DNA from: Escherichia coli
Lineage (GTDB): Bacteria > Pseudomonadota > Gammaproteobacteria > Enterobacterales > Enterobacteriaceae
Length of the DNA: 64,000 bases
Strand: one strand, 5' to 3'
NCBI RefSeq assembly: GCF_024223415.1
Contig: NZ_CP100502.1
Positions 56,662 through 64,000 of this stretch are shown here, piece by piece; within the stretch, counting starts at the first letter, position 1, and every line of letters starts with the position of its first letter. A model generated the notes under the pieces. It had not been told where the DNA came from. It saw only the letters and a list, made by a program, of their open reading frames with translations, and made no database searches. A program made the position numbers and the translations under genes.

Positions 56662-56928
56662 TTACCAGGGTAATAAAGACGTATTAAATAAGCTAACAGG
56701 TAGTATTTGCCCTGTAATAAGGTTCCCGGCAAGGCCAGGTCTCAACGTGACGCGTCGCAAAGACATTGTTGTATTCTGCCTGGTTGTATATTCAGTTAAC
56801 CATTTTCTTTTTTCATCGTTCAGAAGTGTTGGTGATAATGATAGTGCCGGATATATTACAGAGCCATTTATTTCTTTTTTCTGTCTCAATATTACCCCGC
56901 AATATTCTCTTTTCGTGTTTCCTGCGAA
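56662..56928 (-). pseudogene. 3' part of a traE-like gene separated from its 5' part by IS2
   Basis: seq: minus-strand frame continues from 58265 across the duplicated GGGGA into 56928..56662 ('...HSFP|FAGNTKREYCGVILRQ...'), reconstructing a 273-aa ORF. Confidence 0.7.
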
Positions 56929-56944
56929 GGGGATGGATTTGCCC

Positions 56945-57850
56945 CTATATTTCCAGACACCTGTTATCACTTAACCCATTACTGGCCTGCTGCCGCAGAT
57001 ATTCCCGTGGCGAGCGATAACCCAGTGCACTATGCGGATGCCATTCGTTATAATGCTCGAACGCCTCTGCAAGGTTCTTTGCTGCCGTTAACCCGTCTGG
57101 TTTAGGCATGATACTGATGTAGTCACGCTTTATCGTTTTCACGAAGCTCTCTGCTATGCCGTTACTCTCCGGACTCCGCACCGCCGTGTTCTTCGGTTCA
57201 AGCCCCAACATCCGGGCAAACTGCCGTGTTTCATTAGCCCGGTAGCATGAACCATTATCCGTCAGCCACTCTACTGGAGACGCCGGAAGCTCGTTGCCGA
57301 AGCGGCGTTCCACCGCTCCCAGCATTACGTCCTGTACTGTTTCACTGTCGAAGCCGCCCGTAGTGACTGCCCAGTGCAGTGCCTCACGGTCACAGCAGTC
57401 CAGCGCGAACGTGACTCGCAGTTTTTCTCCGTTATCACAGCGGAACTCGAACCCGTCAGAGCACCATCGTTGATTGCTTTCTTTCACGGCCACTTTGCCA
57501 GTATGTGCCCGTTTCGATGGCGGTACAGCGGTTTTTCGCTCAAGCAACAGCGCATTCTGGCGCATGATCCGGTAAACACGTTTGGCATTGATCGCAGGCA
57601 TACCATCAAGTTCGGCCTGTCTGCGAAGCAGCGCCCATACCCGACGATAACCATACGTGGGCAGCTCTCCGATAACATGGTGTATACGGAGAAGCACATC
57701 CGTATCATCTGAGTGACGGCTGCGGCGACCATCTTTCCAGTCATCGGTTCGTCTGAGAATGACGTGCAACTGCGCACGCGACACCCGGAGACAACGGCTG
57801 ACTAAGCTTACTCCCCATCCCCGGGCAATAAGGGCGCGTGCGCTATCCAC
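56945..57850 (-). CDS. insD: IS2 transposase orfB (DDE integrase core)
   Basis: seq: 301 aa '...[31 protein letters not shown]...[16 protein letters not shown]'. Confidence 0.9.
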
Positions 57851-58218
57851 TTTTTTGCACGCCCGTATTCAACGGCTTCTTTAAGGAGTTCATTTTCCAT
57901 CGTTTTTTTGCCGAGCAGGCGCTGGAGTTCTTTAATCTGCTTCATGGCAGCAGCAAGTTCAGAGGCAGGAACGACCTGCTCTCCTGCGGCCACAGCAGTA
58001 AGACTTCCCTCCTGGTATTGCTTGCGCCAGAGAAATAACTGGCTGGCTGCCACACCGTGTTGCCGGGCAACAAGGGAGACCGTCATTCCCGGTTCAAAAC
58101 TCTGCTGAACAATAGCGATCTTTTCCTGTGTAGTACGCCGTCTGCGTTTCTCCGGTCCTAAGACATCAATCATCTGCTCTCCAATGACTAGTCTAAAAAC
58201 TAGTATTAAGACTATCAC
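57808..58218 (-). CDS. insC: IS2 transposase orfA (HTH)
   Basis: seq: contains '[56 protein letters not shown]'; true start probably internal to the track ORF. Confidence 0.8.
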
Positions 58219-58264
58219 TTATTTAAGTGATATTGGTTGTCTGGAGATTCAGGGGGCCAGTCTA

Positions 58265-58822
58265 GGGGAAACTATGCCAGAAAATAACTTCAGTGTTGCT
58301 GCTATCACTAATAAGCATTCTGAAATTATCAGCAGTATCTGGCCATTCACCGGACAACGCTATCGGATAGTTTTCATGGCCATTCAGCCAGTCCGGATTG
58401 AGATTAAAACATTCAGCAAGATGTTCGAGAGCGTCAGCTGAAAGATAGTCTGCAAGTCTGGCCGGGTCCTGTATAACCGTGGAGCGGATATTCCATGGCG
58501 ACAGCAATGTTGCCAGTAATGGCGCATTTATATCATGCGACAGCATGATGTATTCAATTCTGCTTATTATGTTTCCTGTGGTGTTATCCGCAGGCATAAA
58601 CATATTATGAAGAGCATCCTCAAGCAGGATTCGGGTTAAATCAGCGGTGGATATGGCTAATTGTTCGCTCATTATCCCCAGAACTTCTCTTACCCCTTGG
58701 GGGTAACGGACCTGCAGAGGTGTCGGGTTTATCTGACGACCGTTGATGAGTTTTTCGCCGATTGCTTTTTTGTCCAGCGAGAGCATCATTCGGGCCGCAA
58801 TACCGGTCGTATTCAGTCTCAT
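58265..58822 (-). pseudogene. 5' part of the traE-like gene (185 codons) truncated by IS2
   Basis: seq: the ORF's stop codon (58262..58264) is supplied by the IS2 terminal 'cta'; see 56662..56928. Confidence 0.7.
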
Positions 58823-58972
58823 TGTTCCTCCGACTGAAAAAGTCTTTTCAGCTCATGTGGTTATTGTATCTTCGGTGTTTTTTCTGGTGAAACGAATAAT
58901 TTCGATCATGCAGATCGAATGTGTTTGGCGAGTTGTTGCAACTCGCCTTTCTGTATGTGTTTTGAATGATGT

Positions 58973-60017
58973 TTACAGCGGGGTGCTGCCCGGGTTCAGA
59001 GGGCAAATCATAATGTAGTCAGGGTCGTTAACAGGTAACGCTCCGGGAGATGGGACACGTTCGCCTTTCTGTGCTGCAATGGCCAGTGTACGCAACAAAA
59101 CCTCACTGGCGCGGTGAACTGCTTCCTCTTTCGTTGTGGCAGTGACGTGAAGGTTATCAAAATCACCGATCTCAATACGATGCGCTTTCTGCCCATTTTC
59201 TTCATCGATGGTCGTGATATGGGCAGGATACGGCACAAACCATGCTGCCACTTTTTGTGTCTGCCGCCGGCGGGCATCAAGCTTACTGACCAGTTGCCAT
59301 GCACGAAGATGAGTATACCGTTTCAGCATATTCATGGAACGATGTCCTGATATTGCAGCAATCTCCATTACATTCAGGCTACCCAGTTCGAAGAAGCGGC
59401 TTATTGCTTCATGCCGTAGATCGTGAAAATGCAGGTCCTCGATGCGAAGTCGTTGTGTGGCTATTCTCCAGGCATTTTTAAAGCCGGATGCGGTGTAATC
59501 AAAAACATTGCCGTGGAGATTAACGGGCATCATCTGAAGAAAGTTACGGGCACGTCTGGACAGAGGAACATCCCGTGAGTGACCGTTTTTGGTTTCAGGT
59601 AAATGAGCCACACCGTGGCGCAAATCAATGTGCTCCCAACGTAAGGCCAGTATTTCGCCCTGCCGCATGGCTGTCTCAAGGGCAAGATGGAAAATGACAT
59701 ACAACATCAGATTTTTTTCGCGGAAATAGCGAGAAAGGCGACGTTCTTCTGAAGACGTTAGCCGGCGATCTCGTCCCGAGGATACTTTCGGCTTGCGAAC
59801 CAGTTCAACCGGGTTAGTACGACAGGTTCCCCATTCAACACGAGCAATATTGAACAGAGATGACAGAAGGGCGAGTTCAAGACGTACAGTATTACCTGTA
59901 ATGGGTTTACCCGTTCGGGGGTTGATTTCTGCTAAACGAACGTCTCTGTATGTAGCAATATCAACGGTTGTTATTTCGTCCATATTCCGAAGGGCAATGG
60001 GATATCGCTTGATAACA
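58973..60017 (-). pseudogene. rci: rci (shufflon-specific tyrosine recombinase), 3' portion downstream of the IS66-family insertion
   Basis: seq: 336-aa ORF with '[40 protein letters not shown]'; joining with 62468..62577 across one TSD copy gives exactly 384 aa '[19 protein letters not shown]...[18 protein letters not shown]...', the size I recall for R64 Rci. Confidence 0.85.
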
Positions 60018-60088
60018 GTAAGCGTACAGCCTGAACCGTCTGGTCAGAATCTGACGAATTAGACAAAGTGGTGTCCACCAAATAAGTA

Positions 60089-60490
60089 GTGGGAACCAAA
60101 GTGTCAGATATGCAGAAAAATGTGACTCCCGGCAGGCGAAAAGGCTGCCCTAATTATCCTCCCGAATTTAAACAGCAGCTCGTTGCTGCCTCCTGTGAAC
60201 CCGGGATATCCATCTCAAAACTTGCTCTTGAAAATGGCATTAACGCCAATCTGTTGTTCAAATGGCGACAACAATGGCGCGAGGGAAAGCTGCTATTACC
60301 TTCTTCAGAGAGCCCCCAGCTACTTCCTGTGACTCTCGATGCAGCTGCCGAACAGCCAGAATCGCTCGCAGAGGACCCGGAAACCCTCAGTATCAGCTGT
60401 GAGGTAACGTTCCGGCACGGGACGCTCCGCTTCAATGGCAATGTCAGCGAAAAGCTCCTGACTCTGCTGATACAGGAACTGAAGCGATGA
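60089..60490 (+). CDS. IS66-family accessory protein TnpA (orfA)
   Basis: seq: 133 aa, first ORF of the element. Confidence 0.75.
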   Translation: MGTKVSDMQKNVTPGRRKGCPNYPPEFKQQLVAASCEPGISISKLALENGINANLLFKWRQQWREGKLLLPSSESPQLLPVTLDAAAEQPESLAEDPETLSISCEVTFRHGTLRFNGNVSEKLLTLLIQELKR

Positions 60491-60834
60491 TCCCTTTACC
60501 TTCCGGGACCAAAATTTGGCTGGTTGCCGGTATCACCGATATGAGAAATGGCTTCAACGGCCTGGCTGCGAAAGTACAGACGGCGCTGAAAGACGATCCC
60601 ATGTCCGGCCATGTTTTCATTTTCCGGGGCCGCAGCGGCAGTCAGGTTAAACTGCTGTGGTCCACCGGTGACGGACTGTGCCTCCTGACCAAACGGCTGG
60701 AGCGTGGGCGCTTCGCCTGGCCGTCAGCCCGTGATGGCAAAGTGTTCCTTACACAGGCGCAGCTGGCGATGCTGCTGGAAGGTATCGACTGGCGACAGCC
60801 TAAGCGGCTGCTGACCTCCCTGACCATGCTGTAA
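60487..60834 (+). CDS. IS66-family TnpB (orfB)
   Basis: seq: 115 aa '[31 protein letters not shown]...' overlapping the orfA stop. Confidence 0.8.
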   Translation: MIPLPSGTKIWLVAGITDMRNGFNGLAAKVQTALKDDPMSGHVFIFRGRSGSQVKLLWSTGDGLCLLTKRLERGRFAWPSARDGKVFLTQAQLAMLLEGIDWRQPKRLLTSLTML

Positions 60835-60883
60835 ATCTCTTTATCCTGGTTGTCACAGAATAAGCCCGGTAAAATACGGGCTT

Positions 60884-62422
60884 ATGAACGACATCTCTTC
60901 TGACGACATCTTCCTGCTGAAACAGCGCCTGGCCGAACAGGAAGCGCTGATCCACGCCCTGCAGGAAAAGCTGAGCAACCGGGAGCGCGAAATAGACCAT
61001 CTGCAGGCGCAGCTGGATAAACTCCGCCGGATGAACTTCGGCAGTCGTTCCGAAAAAGTCTCCCGCCGTATCGCACAAATGGAAGCCGATCTGAACCAGC
61101 TTCAGAAAGAGAGCGATACGCTGACTGGTAGGGTGTATGACCCGGCAGTACAGCGTCCGTTGCGTCAGACCCGCATCCGTAAGCCGTTCCCTGAATCACT
61201 ACCCCGTGACGAAAAGCGACTGTTGCCTGCGGCGCCGTGCTGCCCGAACTGCGGCGGTTCACTGAGCTATCTGGGCGAGGATACCGCCGAACAGCTGGAG
61301 TTGATGCGTAGCGCCTTCCGGGTTATCCGGACGGTACGGGAAAAACATGCCTGTACTCAGTGCGATGCCATCGTGCAGGCACCTGCACCTTCGCGGCCCA
61401 TCGAGCGGGGTATCGCCGGACCGGGGCTGCTGGCCCGCGTGCTGACCTCGAAGTATGCAGAGCACACCCCGCTGTATCGCCAGTCAGAAATATACGGCCG
61501 GCAAGGTGTGGAGCTGAGCCGTTCACTGCTGTCGGGCTGGGTGGATGCATGCTGCCGGCTGCTGTCTCCGCTGGAAGAGGCGCTTCATGGCTATGTCATG
61601 ACTGACGGCAAACTCCATGCCGATGATACCCCGGTCCAGGTACTGATGCCGGGTAATAAGAAGACGAAGACCGGGCGGTTGTGGGCGTATGTTCGTGATG
61701 ACCGCAATGCCGGGTCAGCGTTGGCACCTGCAGTGTGGTTCGCTTACAGCCCGGACAGAAAAGGCATCCATCCGCAGACTCATCTTGCTTGCTTCAGCGG
61801 TGTGCTGCAAGCGGATGCGTACGCCGGGTTCAACGAGCTGTATCGCAATGGTGGGATAACGGAAGCTGCCTGCTGGGCTCATGCCCGCCGAAAGATCCAC
61901 GATGTGCACGTCCGCATCCCGTCAGCACTGACGGAAGAAGCCCTGGAGCAGATCGGTCAGTTGTACGCCATAGAGGCGGATATAAGGGGAATGCCGGCAG
62001 AGCAGCGGCTTGCTGAACGTCAGCGAAAAACGAAACCGCTGTTGAAATCCCTGGAAAGCTGGTTGCGTGAAAAGATGAAGACCCTGTCGCGACACTCAGA
62101 GTTGGCGAAGGCGTTCGCGTACGCACTTAACCAGTGGCCGGCACTGACGTACTATGCGAACGATGGCTGGGTGGAAATCGACAACAACATCGCTGAAAAT
62201 GCCCTGCGGGCGGTAAGTCTGGGTCGTAAAAACTTCCTGTTCTTCGGCTCTGGCCATGGTGGTGAGCGGGGAGCGCTACTGTACAGCCTGATAGGGACGT
62301 GCAAACTGAATGACGTGGATCCAGAAAGCTACCTTCGCCATGTGCTTGGCGTCATAGCAGACTGGCCGGTCAACCGGGTCAGCGAACTGCTTCCGTGGCG
62401 CATAGCACTGCCAGCTGAATAA
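60884..62422 (+). CDS. IS66-family transposase TnpC (orfC)
   Basis: seq: 512 aa with N-terminal coiled-coil/leucine-zipper, CxxC pairs and a DDE-like catalytic region. Confidence 0.8.
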   Translation: MNDISSDDIFLLKQRLAEQEALIHALQEKLSNREREIDHLQAQLDKLRRMNFGSRSEKVSRRIAQMEADLNQLQKESDTLTGRVYDPAVQRPLRQTRIRKPFPESLPRDEKRLLPAAPCCPNCGGSLSYLGEDTAEQLELMRSAFRVIRTVREKHACTQCDAIVQAPAPSRPIERGIAGPGLLARVLTSKYAEHTPLYRQSEIYGRQGVELSRSLLSGWVDACCRLLSPLEEALHGYVMTDGKLHADDTPVQVLMPGNKKTKTGRLWAYVRDDRNAGSALAPAVWFAYSPDRKGIHPQTHLACFSGVLQADAYAGFNELYRNGGITEAACWAHARRKIHDVHVRIPSALTEEALEQIGQLYAIEADIRGMPAEQRLAERQRKTKPLLKSLESWLREKMKTLSRHSELAKAFAYALNQWPALTYYANDGWVEIDNNIAENALRAVSLGRKNFLFFGSGHGGERGALLYSLIGTCKLNDVDPESYLRHVLGVIADWPVNRVSELLPWRIALPAE

Positions 62423-62467
62423 CACATCCCCGTCAATACGGCCCTCGCTGTACGCTTACTGATAACA

Positions 62468-62577
62468 TTGCTCCGGTAAAACTCCTGTTGATGCCCTTTC
62501 TTGTGAACAGAAACTGTTTTCAGGTACTTATCCAGTGCGCGTGACAGGGACATTTTACGGATGCGTGGAGACGGCAT
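62468..62577 (-). pseudogene. rci: rci 5' fragment (first 39 codons) upstream of the IS66-family insertion
   Basis: seq: ATG at 62577 '[39 protein letters not shown]' runs into the IS inverted repeat. Confidence 0.8.
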
Positions 62578-62628
62578 GCTAACCTCAAAAGAGGCAAAAA
62601 ATAATGCCAACAATCATTCTCTGCAAGC

Positions 62629-62647
62629 GTGCCAATCCGGTACCTGG
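62629..62647 (+). repeat. Shufflon 19-bp recombination site (sfx), direct orientation
   Basis: seq: 'gtgccaatccggtacctgg', encodes CQSGTW in the cassette frame. Confidence 0.8.
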
Positions 62648-62893
62648 GGCGCTCCTAAAATTCAATTCACAACGCAGACCTACAACATAGCTAAAAACAC
62701 TCGTAATTTAAGGCTCGGGGTCCATGCATATTGCTCATGGACTTACCTGAATGGCTCACCCTTTGGTGGTTTTCAACAGGTATATTCCGACCAAAACAAC
62801 GTTTGGTATGTGAGTAATTATGCTTGGGGAAATTATGAGTCTGGTGGGACCATATCAGTCACATGCCTCAATCTTCCTGGTGCTGGAGCTTAA
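62630..62893 (+). CDS. pilV: PilV C-terminal cassette in shufflon segment 1 (no own start; expressed only when fused to pilV)
   Basis: seq: frame begins in the sfx repeat ([13 protein letters not shown]...) and stops at 62893; track ORF 62561..62893 is the same frame with a spurious upstream start. Confidence 0.6.
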   Translation, partial: CQSGTWGAPKIQFTTQTYNIAKNTRNLRLGVHAYCSWTYLNGSPFGGFQQVYSDQNNVWYVSNYAWGNYESGGTISVTCLNLPGAGA

Positions 62894-63120
62894 TTAAAGG
62901 GGCAACAGTAGGCATCGACATGTTCCTCATCAACACCATCACCAATACCGTACATGCGTGTTCCAGTCATAATGTATCCAGTCGGACATTGAATCGGCTT
63001 GTAATAGATCGAACCACCACTCTTACCGCCGATAAAGTGATTCATTGCTACGGATGATTTGTACCAATTACATGCTGAGTAATTAATTTTATTACCCCCT
63101 GACCACCGACCGGATTGGCA
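62890..63120 (-). CDS. pilV: PilV C-terminal cassette in shufflon segment 1, opposite orientation
   Basis: seq: frame begins in the inverted repeat ([19 protein letters not shown]...); stop overlaps the convergent cassette's stop in 'ttaa'. Confidence 0.6.
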   Translation of the reverse strand, partial: CQSGRWSGGNKINYSACNWYKSSVAMNHFIGGKSGGSIYYKPIQCPTGYIMTGTRMYGIGDGVDEEHVDAYCCPFN

Positions 63121-63121
63121 C
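63103..63121 (-). repeat. Shufflon 19-bp recombination site, inverted orientation
   Basis: seq: 'ccaccgaccggattggcac', reverse complement of the sfx consensus. Confidence 0.8.
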
Positions 63122-63129
63122 TGGCCTAC

Positions 63130-63148
63130 GTGCCAATCCGGTACGTGG
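63130..63148 (+). repeat. Shufflon 19-bp recombination site, direct orientation
   Basis: seq: 'gtgccaatccggtacgtgg', 8 bp from the preceding inverted copy. Confidence 0.8.
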
Positions 63149-63484
63149 AAGACTTCTGGTTCGCTCAATGGTTCTTACACAAACTTAGGTTCACATAGAG
63201 GTTCATTCTCAGGGCGGAATTCAGGGGGCAGTACATTGTTTATTTATGCATCTGGAGGTAATGGAGGATCTGCCGGAGGTGCATGTGCAAATACATCCCG
63301 ACTGCAGGGATATGTTGGTGGGACGCTAATTAGCGTGAATGCCAGCAATAACCCTGCATATGGAAAAACAGCCTTTATCAGCTTTGCTGTACCTGCAGGT
63401 ACTTCCTATCAGATAACATCCTATCCAACAGAAAATACATCATGTGGTGCCGGGGTATTTTCAGTATTTGGATATCAAACTTAA
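63131..63484 (+). CDS. pilV: PilV C-terminal cassette in shufflon segment 2
   Basis: seq: CQSGTWKTSGSLNGS...FGYQT from the repeat at 63130; Gly-rich. Confidence 0.55.
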   Translation, partial: CQSGTWKTSGSLNGSYTNLGSHRGSFSGRNSGGSTLFIYASGGNGGSAGGACANTSRLQGYVGGTLISVNASNNPAYGKTAFISFAVPAGTSYQITSYPTENTSCGAGVFSVFGYQT

Positions 63485-63702
63485 TTGAGCGTTACACACG
63501 ACGCAATACAACCTGTCTTATGCTCGTATTTGTACCATTTGCGTGAACCTGCTGGGCTCTCAACTACCTGGCAGTAGTGGGCATCCTCTGCGTTGCCCAT
63601 TCTGGCAATGGCACAGAAGTCGAATTGCCCCAGATAACCTGTGGTGGAAAGCTGAGTAACTTTGAGTTTTCCACCTATTGTCCCCCACGTACCGGATTGG
63701 CA
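63481..63702 (-). CDS. pilV: PilV C-terminal cassette in shufflon segment 2, opposite orientation
   Basis: seq: my translation from the inverted repeat gives CQSGTWGTIGGKLKVTQL... to a stop overlapping the + cassette stop; not in the track (no Met start). Confidence 0.5.
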   Translation of the reverse strand, partial: CQSGTWGTIGGKLKVTQLSTTGYLGQFDFCAIARMGNAEDAHYCQVVESPAGSRKWYKYEHKTGCIASCVTLN

Positions 63703-63703
63703 C
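63685..63703 (-). repeat. Shufflon 19-bp recombination site, inverted orientation
   Basis: seq: 'ccacgtaccggattggcac'. Confidence 0.8.
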
Positions 63704-63711
63704 TGGCCTAC

Positions 63712-63730
63712 GTGCCAATCCGGTACCTGG
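63712..63730 (+). repeat. Shufflon 19-bp recombination site, direct orientation
   Basis: seq: 'gtgccaatccggtacctgg'. Confidence 0.8.
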
Positions 63731-63976
63731 AGAAAGGTAGGATCTGGTGAGCTTCAAATTGCTACAGCACAGGCCACAGGTTGGCGCTTTCCTGGAGCAA
63801 CAGCTACTTGTCCAACTGGAAAACGTGTTACAGGTGGCGGCGGAATATGCACCTCACGAACTGGTTACATATGGCTTACCAGGTCATTCCCATCAGCCAA
63901 TAACTCATGGTCGGCTGCGTGCGATACAACCGAAGATCAGAATGGTTCAATAACTGTATATGCCATTTGCCAATAA
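63713..63976 (+). CDS. pilV: PilV C-terminal cassette in shufflon segment 3
   Basis: seq: CQSGTWRKVGSGELQIATAQATGW...YAICQ from the repeat at 63712; segment continues past the window end. Confidence 0.55.
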   Translation, partial: CQSGTWRKVGSGELQIATAQATGWRFPGATATCPTGKRVTGGGGICTSRTGYIWLTRSFPSANNSWSAACDTTEDQNGSITVYAICQ

Positions 63977-64000
63977 GCTATTTCAAGCAAGTAATCTTCA

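Larger units (their letters stand above)
56934..58264 (-). mobile_element. IS2: IS2 (IS3 family), 1331 bp, 5-bp target-site duplication GGGGA
   Basis: seq: ends 'tggatttgcccctatatttccagaca' and '...ggttgtctggagattcagggggccagtcta'; identical 'gggga' at 56929..56933 and 58265..58269; orfA/orfB match IS2 InsC/InsD from memory. Confidence 0.9.
60018..62459 (+). mobile_element. IS66-family insertion sequence, 2442 bp, 8-bp target-site duplication TGATAACA
   Basis: seq: ends 'gtaagcgtacagc...' and '...gctgtacgcttac'; 'tgataaca' at 60010..60017 and 62460..62467; three ORFs in IS66 orfA-orfB-orfC order. Confidence 0.85.

Noticed and set aside
62561-62893. Treating the shufflon ORFs (62561..62893, 62890..63168, 63236..63484, 63662..63976) as independent genes with their own Met starts
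   Set aside because: Each frame actually begins inside a 19-bp sfx repeat encoding CQSG(T/R)W; they are alternative PilV C-terminal cassettes. The ORF at 63560..63757 on the minus strand is in the wrong frame relative to the repeat and is considered spurious.
63103-63148. Back-to-back inverted sfx repeats separated by only 8 bp as a possible deletion or aberrant structure
   Set aside because: Adjacent inverted repeats between segments are the expected shufflon layout; both pairs have the same spacer, so this is regular organisation rather than damage.

Overview
This window reads as a contiguous segment of an IncI-complex (IncI1/R64- or ColIb-P9-like) conjugative plasmid; all identifications rest on motif recognition and recalled family knowledge, since no database search could be run. 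Order along the + strand: ResD-like resolvase, a ParA-type and a ParM/ParR-type partition locus, the SOS-inducible impCAB mutagenesis operon (minus strand, LexA box), then a roughly 16 kb leading region entirely on the + strand (orphan adenine methyltransferase operon, klcA/ardB-like, ssb, ParB-like, psiB-psiA, ardA, Rpn-family nuclease and unknowns) punctuated by two families of long GC-rich repeats that I interpret as ssi/Frpo-type single-strand promoters. This is followed by oriT-nikA-nikB, trbCBA, pndCA (hok/mok-type), an exclusion-like gene, the I-type (Dot/Icm-like) transfer genes traY to traH with sog primase and nuc, two further tra-like genes, rci and the start of the PilV shufflon. 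Two insertion sequences with perfect target-site duplications interrupt transfer functions: IS2 (1331 bp, TSD GGGGA) inside a traE-like gene and an IS66-family element (2442 bp, TSD TGATAACA) inside rci. The most interesting candidates for undescribed biology are a leading-region Rpn nuclease with an intragenic RpnS-like ORF plus a free-standing RpnS-like paralog, a DinQ/TisB-like small hydrophobic peptide locus between pndA and the exclusion gene, and the blocks of uncharacterised genes behind each ssi-like element. No rRNA, tRNA, CRISPR array or recognisable resistance gene was seen.
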